Origin: Fidelibacterota bacterium
Lineage (GTDB): Bacteria > Fidelibacterota > Marinisomatia > Marinisomatales > UBA2128
DNA length: 36,947 nucleotides
Direction: 5' to 3'
Assembly: GCA_046861645.1 (NCBI GenBank)
Contig: JBHHUM010000018.1
Span: forward strand, 1-36,947
A program made the translations under genes and the position numbers. This document shows, piece after piece, positions 29,765 to 36,947 of the stretch (position 1 is the first letter of the stretch; each line of letters begins with the position of its first letter). Under the pieces are notes generated by a model. It did not search any database, was not told the DNA's origin, and saw only the letters and a program-made list of their open reading frames with translations.

Positions 29765-30703
29765 GTGCCTAAATCAAGCAAAATGGCGGCAACTGAAAGA
29801 TTGATGAAAATCATGCACGGTGAGACGTTGATAAACGAACCTATGTCGAAACATACAACCTACGGGATTGGAGGTCCTGCCTTAGCTTACTTCTATCCAG
29901 CAGACAAAGAAGATCTCACCGCCATCCTAAAAACTGCCCACAAGGAAGCAATTCCTCTTTTCTTCACGGGATCAGGATCTAATTTACTGGTGAGTGATAA
30001 TGGTTATGATGGATACGTGATCAGCCTGTCCAGGCATTTCCGGAAAATTGAATTTGAGGGTACTCATGTTTCTGTGGAAAGTGGGGTCATGATGGGTCGA
30101 CTGGTACGGGAATGTATCCATCGGAATCTTTCTGGAGTGGAGAGTCTTATCGGAGTACCTGGAACGGTGGGTGGTGCTCTTAGGATGAATGCAGGAGCAT
30201 TTGGATATGAAATATCGAACTCACTGGTCAAACTCAACGTTGTAACTCTCTCTGGTGACCAGAAAGAGTACTTAAAGGAAGAAATTGATTTTGGTTATCG
30301 CTATTCATCCCTAAAGGATGATGAAATAGTGATCTCAGCATCTTTTGAATTTCAGATTGGTTCTCCTGAAAAGATTAAGGATTTACGGAGACGTTCCAGC
30401 ATAAACCGGAAGACATCTCAACCCTTACAGCACAGATCGGCAGGAAGTGTATTCAAGAATCCAACGGGACACAGTTCCGCAGGATATTACATAGACCAAG
30501 CTGGATTAAAAGGAACCCGGGTTGGCCGCGCTGAAATATCCAGAAAACATGCGAATTTTTTCATCAATCATGGTGGAGCGTCTTCAAATGATATCGTCAA
30601 ACTGATTCGATTGGCTAAGAAGAAGGTCAAGGAACAGTTCGATGTAGATCTTGAACTGGAGATAAAAACCCTTGGTTTTCCACCACATCACTTTGATTGC
30701 TGA
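29765..30703 (+). CDS. murB: UDP-N-acetylenolpyruvoylglucosamine reductase MurB
   Basis: HTTYGIGGPA, GSGSNLL, GVPGTVGGA..MNAGA, SAGSVFKNP, HANFFIN. The start is uncertain (GTG 29750, GTG 29765 or ATG 29783). Confidence 0.96.
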   Translation: MPKSSKMAATERLMKIMHGETLINEPMSKHTTYGIGGPALAYFYPADKEDLTAILKTAHKEAIPLFFTGSGSNLLVSDNGYDGYVISLSRHFRKIEFEGTHVSVESGVMMGRLVRECIHRNLSGVESLIGVPGTVGGALRMNAGAFGYEISNSLVKLNVVTLSGDQKEYLKEEIDFGYRYSSLKDDEIVISASFEFQIGSPEKIKDLRRRSSINRKTSQPLQHRSAGSVFKNPTGHSSAGYYIDQAGLKGTRVGRAEISRKHANFFINHGGASSNDIVKLIRLAKKKVKEQFDVDLELEIKTLGFPPHHFDC

Positions 30704-31500
30704 AGATACAAAAAATGTCCTATCGCAGACTAAATAAGAGACAGCGCAGGAAACTGAGGAAAGTTCTTTCCTGGACAGGTAGAACAGTAGCTATCACCAC
30801 TTTCTTTTTATTGATTTATGCTGCCCTATGGTGGGGAGATGTATCGAAGCAATTCAAATTAGAAATGATCCAGTTTTATGGAAATAACTATCTTGATGAA
30901 AATGATTTGCTTTACTGGTTGCAAGTAACTATTCCTAACGATCTCACTCATTTAGACTTGCCAGCGATTCAAGAAAGATTGAAGAATCATCCCTATATCA
31001 AAACTGCTCGAGCCAGTCATGGATATCCTTCTACTTTACGGATTGAGATCATGGAGCGGAAGCCGATCGCATATCTTAATCACAGTCCATTCTATATGGT
31101 GGATAATGATGGTGTGATCCTTCCTCTAAAGCATGGCAAAATCGAATTTGACCTACCCTACCTCTCTGGATTCAACTCCAACCCAGAGCTATATCCAGAG
31201 GGAGATACCTGTCTATCCAATAAAGTCCTGGAAGCTGTGGAATTTCTCACCATGGCTAAGATCGATTTTCCTTCCCTCTACACGGACATATCAGAAGTTT
31301 TGATTAATCCAAAGGATGAATTTGTCGTACTGCTTTCTCAACGTCCCACTAAAATCATTCTGGGAACAGACTATCTCACCGAACGGATCATGGTCTTAGA
31401 GGAATTCTCGTCCACTTTGAAGAATATTCGTTCTTTACACGATTACAAATCAATTGATCTTCGCTATCGGCGACAAATAATTGTTAAGGAATGGGTATGA
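30697..31500 (+). CDS. ftsQ: Cell division protein FtsQ/DivIB
   Basis: Basic N-terminus, TM helix, POTRA-like region (HPYIKTA..YPSTLRIEIMERKPIA) and C-terminal IDLRY; directly before ftsA. ATG 30715 is an alternative start. Confidence 0.92.
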   Translation: MLKIQKMSYRRLNKRQRRKLRKVLSWTGRTVAITTFFLLIYAALWWGDVSKQFKLEMIQFYGNNYLDENDLLYWLQVTIPNDLTHLDLPAIQERLKNHPYIKTARASHGYPSTLRIEIMERKPIAYLNHSPFYMVDNDGVILPLKHGKIEFDLPYLSGFNSNPELYPEGDTCLSNKVLEAVEFLTMAKIDFPSLYTDISEVLINPKDEFVVLLSQRPTKIILGTDYLTERIMVLEEFSSTLKNIRSLHDYKSIDLRYRRQIIVKEWV

Positions 31501-32768
31501 GGAAATTAGCTATTACTCAGGATAAAGGAATCCGCGTGGGGCTCGATATAGGTACCACTAAAATTTGCTGTATCATTTCCCAGCTGGAGCATGATGACGA
31601 CAGCATGAAGTTATTAGGAGCTGGAATAGGTCCCGCTGCTGGCATTCGTAAGGGAATGATAGTCAACGTCGACGAAGCAGTGGACTCAATCGAGAAAGCC
31701 GTCAGGAAAGCGGAAAAGATGGCAGGCCAGAAAGTAAATAGTGCCTATATAGGTATTTCTGGTGATCATATCCGGGGGATCAATACTCAGGGAGCTATTG
31801 CCATTGCGAAGAATGGTCATCACGCTGTTTATGACCATGAAATTACCAGTCAAGATATCAACCGGGCGTTGGAATTGGCAAGGGCAGTCTCATTGCCGGT
31901 TGATCGGGAAATCTTACATATTTTACCTCAGGAATACATTGTAGATGAGCAACGTAGCATTAAAGATCCCTCAGGAATGGTGGCTCGCCGTTTGGAAGCC
32001 AAAGTCCATCTTGTCACCGGTGCCATCACAGCAGCAAAAAATATCAGAAAATGTGTCGAAGAGGCTGGAATCGATGTAAACGCTCTTATCTATCAGCCTC
32101 TTGCTTCAGCAGCAGCTACTTTGGAGCCAACCGAAAAACAGCTGGGTGTAGCTCTGGTCGATATTGGTGGTGGCACGACGGATGTTTCTGTCTTTTTTGA
32201 CGGTGGAGTACGACATTCTGCAGTTATCGCTTTAGGTGGGAATAACATTACCAATGATATCGCCTTAATGTTGCAGGTATCGCTGGAGGATGCCGAAGAG
32301 ATCAAGATCAAACATGCTTCTGCCAAAGCGGCTATGGCTTCCACCGATCTGGATTTTGAGCTTTCTCACCAGGCTGGGGAATCACCCCGGGTAATTTCTG
32401 AGCACGAAGTCTCACGTTATGTAGAAGCACGCATGGAGGAAATTCTGCAACTGGTAAATCGCGAAATTATGCGGGCTGATGTAGAAGGACCAGTCAGCTT
32501 CGGTATCGTCCTCACCGGGGGTGGCGCTCTTTTGAAAAATGTCACCAGCTTGGCAGAGGAAGTATTGGGCGGACGGGTAAAAATAGGTATTCCAAAAGGG
32601 TTGAATAGTCTCTTTGAAATTGCCGCTAGCCCGGTCTATGCTACGGCTATCGGTCTCATTCAGTATGGCGAGCAGATAGCAGAAGAATTCAACCTGGGCA
32701 GTCCGGAAAAATTAACCGGAACAAGAACCATTTCAAGATTAAAGCATTGGTTTTCAGGCATGTTTTAA
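31497..32768 (+). CDS. ftsA: Cell division protein FtsA
   Basis: GLDIGTTKI, PQEYIVD, VDIGGGTTD, AEEIK, LTGGGA, YATAIGL. ATGA overlap with the ftsQ stop. Confidence 0.97.
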   Translation: MRKLAITQDKGIRVGLDIGTTKICCIISQLEHDDDSMKLLGAGIGPAAGIRKGMIVNVDEAVDSIEKAVRKAEKMAGQKVNSAYIGISGDHIRGINTQGAIAIAKNGHHAVYDHEITSQDINRALELARAVSLPVDREILHILPQEYIVDEQRSIKDPSGMVARRLEAKVHLVTGAITAAKNIRKCVEEAGIDVNALIYQPLASAAATLEPTEKQLGVALVDIGGGTTDVSVFFDGGVRHSAVIALGGNNITNDIALMLQVSLEDAEEIKIKHASAKAAMASTDLDFELSHQAGESPRVISEHEVSRYVEARMEEILQLVNREIMRADVEGPVSFGIVLTGGGALLKNVTSLAEEVLGGRVKIGIPKGLNSLFEIAASPVYATAIGLIQYGEQIAEEFNLGSPEKLTGTRTISRLKHWFSGMF

Positions 32769-32885
32769 AACAAAGGAATTTGAGAGAAAACTTACACACA
32801 GGTTTTACCCATGTATCGCCAGATGATTACGGCGATCTGCGGAAAGACTTTAACCAAGCGGGAACCAAGATAAGGAGGAGGGAAC

Positions 32886-34064
32886 ATGTTATTTGAATTT
32901 GATACAATGGCTGATCAACAGGCAAAGATCAAGGTTATCGGAGTTGGTGGAGCAGGAGGAAATGCAATTAACCGTATGATTGCCTCGGGATTAAATGGTG
33001 TGGAATTCGTAGCAATTAATACTGACTCTCAAGACCTGGGTAACAATAAAGCTGAGACTAAAATCCAAATAGGCAAGAATCTTACTAAGGGATTGGGAGC
33101 AGGTGCTAAAGCTGATATAGGTAGATCAGCTATGGAATCCGAAAAAGAAGCAGTAGCTAACATCCTTGAAGGAGCAGATATGGTATTTGTTACTGCGGGT
33201 CTCGGAGGGGGAACCGGAACTGGAGCCTCGCCTATTGTTGCTCAGATTGCCAGAGAGTTGAATGCTCTTACCGTGGGAGTGGTTACTAAACCATTCAACT
33301 TTGAGGGACCCAAGCGCATGAATAGGGCTATCTCAGGGCTTGAAGATTTGCAAAAAAACTGTGATACACTCATTGCCATTCCTAACCAGAAACTCCTCTC
33401 GATCGTTGACAAGTCAACCACTGTGGTAGATGCCTTTAGGATAGCGGATTCCATCCTATTCGAAGCCACCAGGGGGATATCTGATTTGATCAATGTTCAT
33501 GGTTTGATAAATCTTGACTTCGCCGATGTGAACACGATCATGCGGGAAATGGGTGATGCCATTATGGGTACCGGTGTGGCGAATGGCGAGGAACGAGCAG
33601 TACTGGCTGCTCAACAGGCTATCTCTTCCCCACTCCTGGAAGAAGTCAATATAAGCGGTGCACAAGGTGTCTTAGTTAATATTACTGGAGGAGATGATTT
33701 GACTCTAATAGAAGTAGATGAAGCCACCTCCATCATCTTTGAAGAGGCAGGACAGGACGCCAACATCATCTTTGGCGCTGTTATCGACCCGAAGATGACC
33801 AATGACATAAGAGTCACTGTAATCGCCACTGGTTTTGGACGACTGGCACCAGCTTCACAACGGTCCGCTACCAGTGAAGGTGATGCACCTACAAGATGGG
33901 AGCAGGAAGCAATCAATGTACGGAATACTTTTAACCTTCCTACCCACGAACTGAAGACCAACAATCCAGCAGAGATTGTGAAAAAGGGTGATCTCTCAAT
34001 CGATCCCCGCAAACTCAAAGAAGATGACTTTGAGATACCTGCTTTTCTCAGACACCGCCAGTAA
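32886..34064 (+). CDS. ftsZ: Cell division protein FtsZ
   Basis: GVGGAGGNA, tubulin signature GGGTGTG, NLDFADV and C-terminal FEIPAFLR; strong RBS AAGGAGG. Confidence 0.99.
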   Translation: MLFEFDTMADQQAKIKVIGVGGAGGNAINRMIASGLNGVEFVAINTDSQDLGNNKAETKIQIGKNLTKGLGAGAKADIGRSAMESEKEAVANILEGADMVFVTAGLGGGTGTGASPIVAQIARELNALTVGVVTKPFNFEGPKRMNRAISGLEDLQKNCDTLIAIPNQKLLSIVDKSTTVVDAFRIADSILFEATRGISDLINVHGLINLDFADVNTIMREMGDAIMGTGVANGEERAVLAAQQAISSPLLEEVNISGAQGVLVNITGGDDLTLIEVDEATSIIFEEAGQDANIIFGAVIDPKMTNDIRVTVIATGFGRLAPASQRSATSEGDAPTRWEQEAINVRNTFNLPTHELKTNNPAEIVKKGDLSIDPRKLKEDDFEIPAFLRHRQ

Positions 34065-34201
34065 AGGAAAATGAGTGAGGGTAAATAGTGAGCAGTAAGT
34101 AGAATGTGATATATCAGTAGTGGTTATGGCAGAAACAGTTGTAATAACAATTGCGACTTCTAATCCACTATCTGAAAGCACTCACTTAATGAGGTTTTGA
34201 T

Positions 34202-34246
34202 AAGGAAAAATCCCGCCAAGAACTTGTCTGAAGCGGGATTTCTTCT
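34202..34246. terminator. Probable bidirectional terminator between convergent ftsZ and rpmB
   Basis: AAATCCCGC (34208-34216) pairs with GCGGGATTT (34233-34241); A-rich upstream and TTTCTTCTT downstream. The loop is unusually long (16 nt). Confidence 0.7.
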
Positions 34247-34268
34247 TGATAGTTAGTATGTTTAGCGA

Positions 34269-34460
34269 TTAGACAGCTTTCACAACCTTACCTGAGCGGA
34301 TACACGATGTGCAGACATAAACACGTTTCACTGATCCATCAATCTTAGCTTTTACTCGCTGCAGATTAGGGAGCCACCGCCGGCGTGTCTTGTTGTGAGC
34401 ATGACTCACGTTGTTACCGGCAGCTGGCTTCTTACCACATATTGCACACATTTTTGCCAT
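34269..34460 (-). CDS. rpmB: 50S ribosomal protein L28 (zinc-binding C+ form)
   Basis: [39 protein letters not shown]. Confidence 0.98.
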   Translation of the reverse strand: MAKMCAICGKKPAAGNNVSHAHNKTRRRWLPNLQRVKAKIDGSVKRVYVCTSCIRSGKVVKAV

Positions 34461-34496
34461 AACTAAATCCTTTTTATTGTCTGTTTAGAAAGTGCG

Positions 34497-34527
34497 CAAA
34501 GTTAGTGTTTGTATGGGAATTGTCAAA
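34497..34527 (-). promoter_or_regulatory. Candidate rpmB promoter
   Basis: Minus strand TTTGACA (34527-34521), 16 bp, TAACTTTG (34504-34497). Confidence 0.6.
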
Positions 34528-34702
34528 AGGGAGAATAAAATCATACTGTTTATCATTTGTAATACCTTGCCCACCCATCTAACAGATAGTAATTTCATTT
34601 AATGGTTGATGGTTTGCTGGGAAAAGGAAAGCTGAAAATGAAATCAATTCTAAGCAATAAGAATCGAATTCAACATTACTGAATATTAAAGGAGGATTGA
34701 AA

Positions 34703-35281
34703 ATGATCCACGAATTACCTGAACTACCCTATGAAAAAGAAGCTCTGGCACCTCATATATCTGCAGAGACCCTGGATTACCACCACGGAAAACATCACAA
34801 CGCATATGTACAAAACTTGAATAATCTCATTGAAGGAACTGAGTTTGCCGATATGGTTCTGGACGATATCGTCACCGGCGCTTCAGGCGGAATCTTCAAC
34901 AATGCAGCCCAGCATTGGAACCATTCCTTCTACTGGAACTGTTTGAGTCCCAATGGGGGCGGTGAACCCACAGGGGCATTAGCTGCAGCAATTAAAGGGG
35001 CTTTTAGTTCTTTTGACGAGTTTAAGGATCTTTTTTCACAGACAGCCATTACCACCTTTGGTTCCGGCTGGGGTTGGCTGGTTAAAAATGAAAACGGTGG
35101 TTTAGAAGTAGTCAGTACTGCCAATGCTGGCAATCCCCTTACTTCTGGGAATACCCCCCTTCTGACCTGCGACGTGTGGGAGCACGCTTACTACATTGAC
35201 TACCGTAATGCTCGTCCTAAATATGTTGCGGCATTCTGGAATCTTGTCAACTGGGAGTTTGTGGAGGAGAATCTAGGTTAA
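34703..35281 (+). CDS. sodB: Superoxide dismutase, Fe-type
   Basis: ELPELPY, HHGKHHNAYV, FNNAAQHWNH (AAQ is typical of Fe-SOD), FGSGWGWL, DVWEHAYY. GGAGGA lies 6 nt before ATG 34703. Confidence 0.95.
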   Translation: MIHELPELPYEKEALAPHISAETLDYHHGKHHNAYVQNLNNLIEGTEFADMVLDDIVTGASGGIFNNAAQHWNHSFYWNCLSPNGGGEPTGALAAAIKGAFSSFDEFKDLFSQTAITTFGSGWGWLVKNENGGLEVVSTANAGNPLTSGNTPLLTCDVWEHAYYIDYRNARPKYVAAFWNLVNWEFVEENLG

Positions 35282-35322
35282 AGTTGCGAGTTAAATCCAC
35301 GAGGTTAGGAGTTCTGACGATT

Positions 35323-35361
35323 AACTCTACAACACCGACCGGTGCTAAGTTCTTACGCTCA
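35323..35361 (-). promoter_or_regulatory. Putative bacterial SECIS element directly after the UGA of the FmdB-family gene
   Basis: The mRNA reads UGA GCG UAA G AACUU AGCACC GGUC GGUGUU GUA GAGUU. It has a 6-bp upper stem, a GGUC loop with G23/U24 (U of UGA = 1) and a 5-bp lower stem. Confidence 0.7.
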
Positions 35362-35580
35362 TGAAAAACCGCTTCCAGCAGGGGCATTACAACCGTTTTT
35401 AGTTGAAAATTCACATGACGAACTTCCTATTGCAGTTCCTATCGCTGGTGCACTCATGAGCTTTTCCGTCTTCTGGGACTGGCACTGGGGACAGATGATC
35501 TCTTTATCATTATTCCAACCGAATATCAATTCTTCGAATATATATCCACACTCACTACATCGAAAATCAAACATCGGCAT
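35353..35580 (-). CDS. FmdB-family zinc-ribbon protein (CxxC-CxxC), probably a selenoprotein ending ...GSGFS-Sec-A (73 aa if UGA is a stop, 75 aa with Sec)
   Basis: MPMFDFRCSECGYIFE..ICPQCQS..EKLMSAP, then a Ser/Gly/Cys-rich tail. TGA 35361-35359 is followed by GCG TAA and a SECIS-like hairpin. RBS AGGAG upstream. Confidence 0.88.
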
Positions 35581-35634
35581 TTTAAGTTTCTCCTAAGTTT
35601 TTATGATCTTTTAACTCTATTATCTGGAAATCAA

Positions 35635-36021
35635 TTACAGGTTATCAACTGCTTCACGGAGCAGATTATTCACTCTTGCTGCCAAGGGACTAAGATCATC
35701 CCTACCACTGATGGCTAACATCTTGCCAGCATCAATAGCTGATACAGTCGTACTTTTATCATCATTTTCCCAGATAACAACATTGCATGGTAACAGCAAA
35801 CCAATACCCAAATCGGCTGAAAGGGCTTGATGAGCAATGGGAGGATTACAGGCTCCCAGTATTCTGTACCTCCTAAAATCCACCCCCAGCTTGTTCTTCA
35901 AGGCATCGTGTACATTAATTTCAGTTAAGACACCAAATCCTTTTGCTTCTAACGCTTTTCTGATGGCACTATCAGCCTCTTCAAATCCCATGGAAATTGT
36001 TCTTGCATAACCGTATTCCAT
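35635..36021 (-). CDS. DUF302 family protein
   Basis: GFGVLTEINV..LKNKLG..YRILGACNP..IGLLLPCNVVI. RBS AAGGAG. Confidence 0.92.
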   Translation of the reverse strand: MEYGYARTISMGFEEADSAIRKALEAKGFGVLTEINVHDALKNKLGVDFRRYRILGACNPPIAHQALSADLGIGLLLPCNVVIWENDDKSTTVSAIDAGKMLAISGRDDLSPLAARVNNLLREAVDNL

Positions 36022-36114
36022 TACTCCTTAATCTCCCTTACCTTTACGTCTCTATAATGGGACGATGTAAATTGTCTCAACTCTTATTCTCAACTTTTTC
36101 TACCTCGTGTACTA

Positions 36115-36531
36115 TCAATTATTGCCAGTAGAAATTAATTGGTTCCAGGCTTTCATTCCACCAAGTAGATTAGTGGCTTGGTAACCATTTCTTGATAATA
36201 TTTCCGATCCCACCCTGCTACGATTTCCGCTGCGACAGATGACAATGATTTCCTGATCTTTGTACTTTTCAAGTTCTTCAATCCGTGATTCCAGTTCTTG
36301 AACAGGGATAAGAATAGAATCTTCTATATGCCCTAAGGGTCCATTATATTCGGGAAGTGTTCGTACATCCAAGAGGATGAGGGTATCTCCACTTGCCAAA
36401 CGTTGCTGCAATTTTTTAACAGTAATATTATTAAAGTCACCATCGACTGACAGCTTGTATTCAGCTTTTTCAGTCTGAAAACCGCTGAGAAGAAGCCATC
36501 CTATGATGGCAAAACTGATCACTATTTTCAC
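36115..36531 (-). CDS. Exported single-domain rhodanese-like sulfurtransferase
   Basis: N-terminal signal-like segment, LLDVRTLPEY..GHI, active-site loop CRSGNRS, NLLGGMKAW. Ends in a TGA TAG double stop. Confidence 0.92.
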   Translation of the reverse strand: MKIVISFAIIGWLLLSGFQTEKAEYKLSVDGDFNNITVKKLQQRLASGDTLILLDVRTLPEYNGPLGHIEDSILIPVQELESRIEELEKYKDQEIIVICRSGNRSRVGSEILSRNGYQATNLLGGMKAWNQLISTGNN

Positions 36532-36620
36532 TGGGGTCTTACCTTCTAATCTGAATGGTTAATTTACATATAAGTAAAAAGAATTCATAAGTTTGAAGCT
36601 TCCAAATTTCATTTTTAAGA

Positions 36621-36947
36621 TTAATCAATAATTCTATTTACTTTGATTTGTGAATTAGAACCCTTCCTGTTTAAAGCATATTGAAACCCTTCTCTTAAGG
36701 CAGCTGAGCCAACAACTCCATCAATTCGTAGGGCAATATAAGCAACTTGAAAATCTACCTCTCCTCTGTGTTGACGAATAATCCTTTGTAGAGCTTCTTC
36801 ACAAGCTTCCTGGGGGGTTCTCCCCTGGCGCATGAGCTCGACAACGAGAAAACTACCGGCAGTTTTAATGACAGCTTCCCCCCTACCAGTAGCACCGGCA
36901 GCACCAATCTCATTATCACAGAAAAGGGCAGCTCCTATTATAGGACT
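36621..36947 (-). CDS. N4-(beta-N-acetylglucosaminyl)-L-asparaginase / type 2 asparaginase, C-terminal part (gene begins beyond the window)
   Basis: Frame open from the window end: SPIIGAALFCDNEIGAAGATGRGEAVIKTAGSFLVVELMRQGRTPQEACEEALQRI..FQVAYIAL, an Ntn-hydrolase glycosylasparaginase pattern. Confidence 0.9.
   Translation of the reverse strand, partial: SPIIGAALFCDNEIGAAGATGRGEAVIKTAGSFLVVELMRQGRTPQEACEEALQRIIRQHRGEVDFQVAYIALRIDGVVGSAALREGFQYALNRKGSNSQIKVNRIID

Noticed and set aside
32769..32885. Riboswitch or ncRNA between ftsA and ftsZ
   Set aside because: There are only two short hairpins (AAAAC../..GTTTT and ATCGCC/GGCGAT) and no recognisable family motif.
33996..34181. 61-aa minus-strand ORF after rpmB
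   Set aside because: It overlaps the ftsZ end, lies beyond the terminator and has no RBS or motif.
5284..35596. Numerous short antisense or alternate-frame ORFs inside the secreted proteins, aconitase, porU, dcw genes, sodB and the FmdB gene
   Set aside because: They are shadow ORFs of well-supported genes, with no independent motifs.
36112..36117. Rhodanese TGA as selenocysteine
   Set aside because: It is immediately followed by TAG, lies far from the active site, and I see no SECIS-like hairpin.

Overview
Bacterial chromosomal window, probably from an FCB-superphylum lineage outside Bacteroidota such as Marinimicrobia, Calditrichota or KSB1. This is an inference from FlgD-Ig-type 'NYPNPF' C-terminal sorting domains, a PorU homologue and strong GGAGG ribosome-binding sites. 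Left to right: the 3' end of gdhA with its terminator; an accessory stretch (about 0.46-9.2 kb); a mitochondrial-type aconitase divergent from porU-maf; a RodZ-like HTH protein; the dcw cluster mraZ-rsmH-ftsL-ftsI-murE-murF-mraY-murD-ftsW-murG-murC-murB-ftsQ-ftsA-ftsZ, with murG frameshifted in an A10 run; rpmB; an Fe-SOD; and a minus-strand run of glycosylasparaginase (partial), rhodanese, DUF302 and an FmdB zinc-ribbon protein. The accessory stretch holds an unannotated esterase pseudogene split by a 392-bp MITE (27-bp TIRs, 8-bp TSD) that carries nested REP-like palindromes, two tandem paralogous secreted beta-solenoid proteins with T9SS-type CTDs (one with an extra clan GH-A domain), a decayed IS1595-family element and an EamA transporter. 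The most notable signal is that the FmdB zinc-ribbon gene's TGA is followed by GCG-TAA and a hairpin whose GGUC loop sits at the E. coli SECIS position, so it is probably a selenoprotein ending ...GSGFS-U-A. Also notable are the MITE and nested palindromes, short palindromic inserts inside coding sequences, and the paired T9SS cargo proteins near porU.
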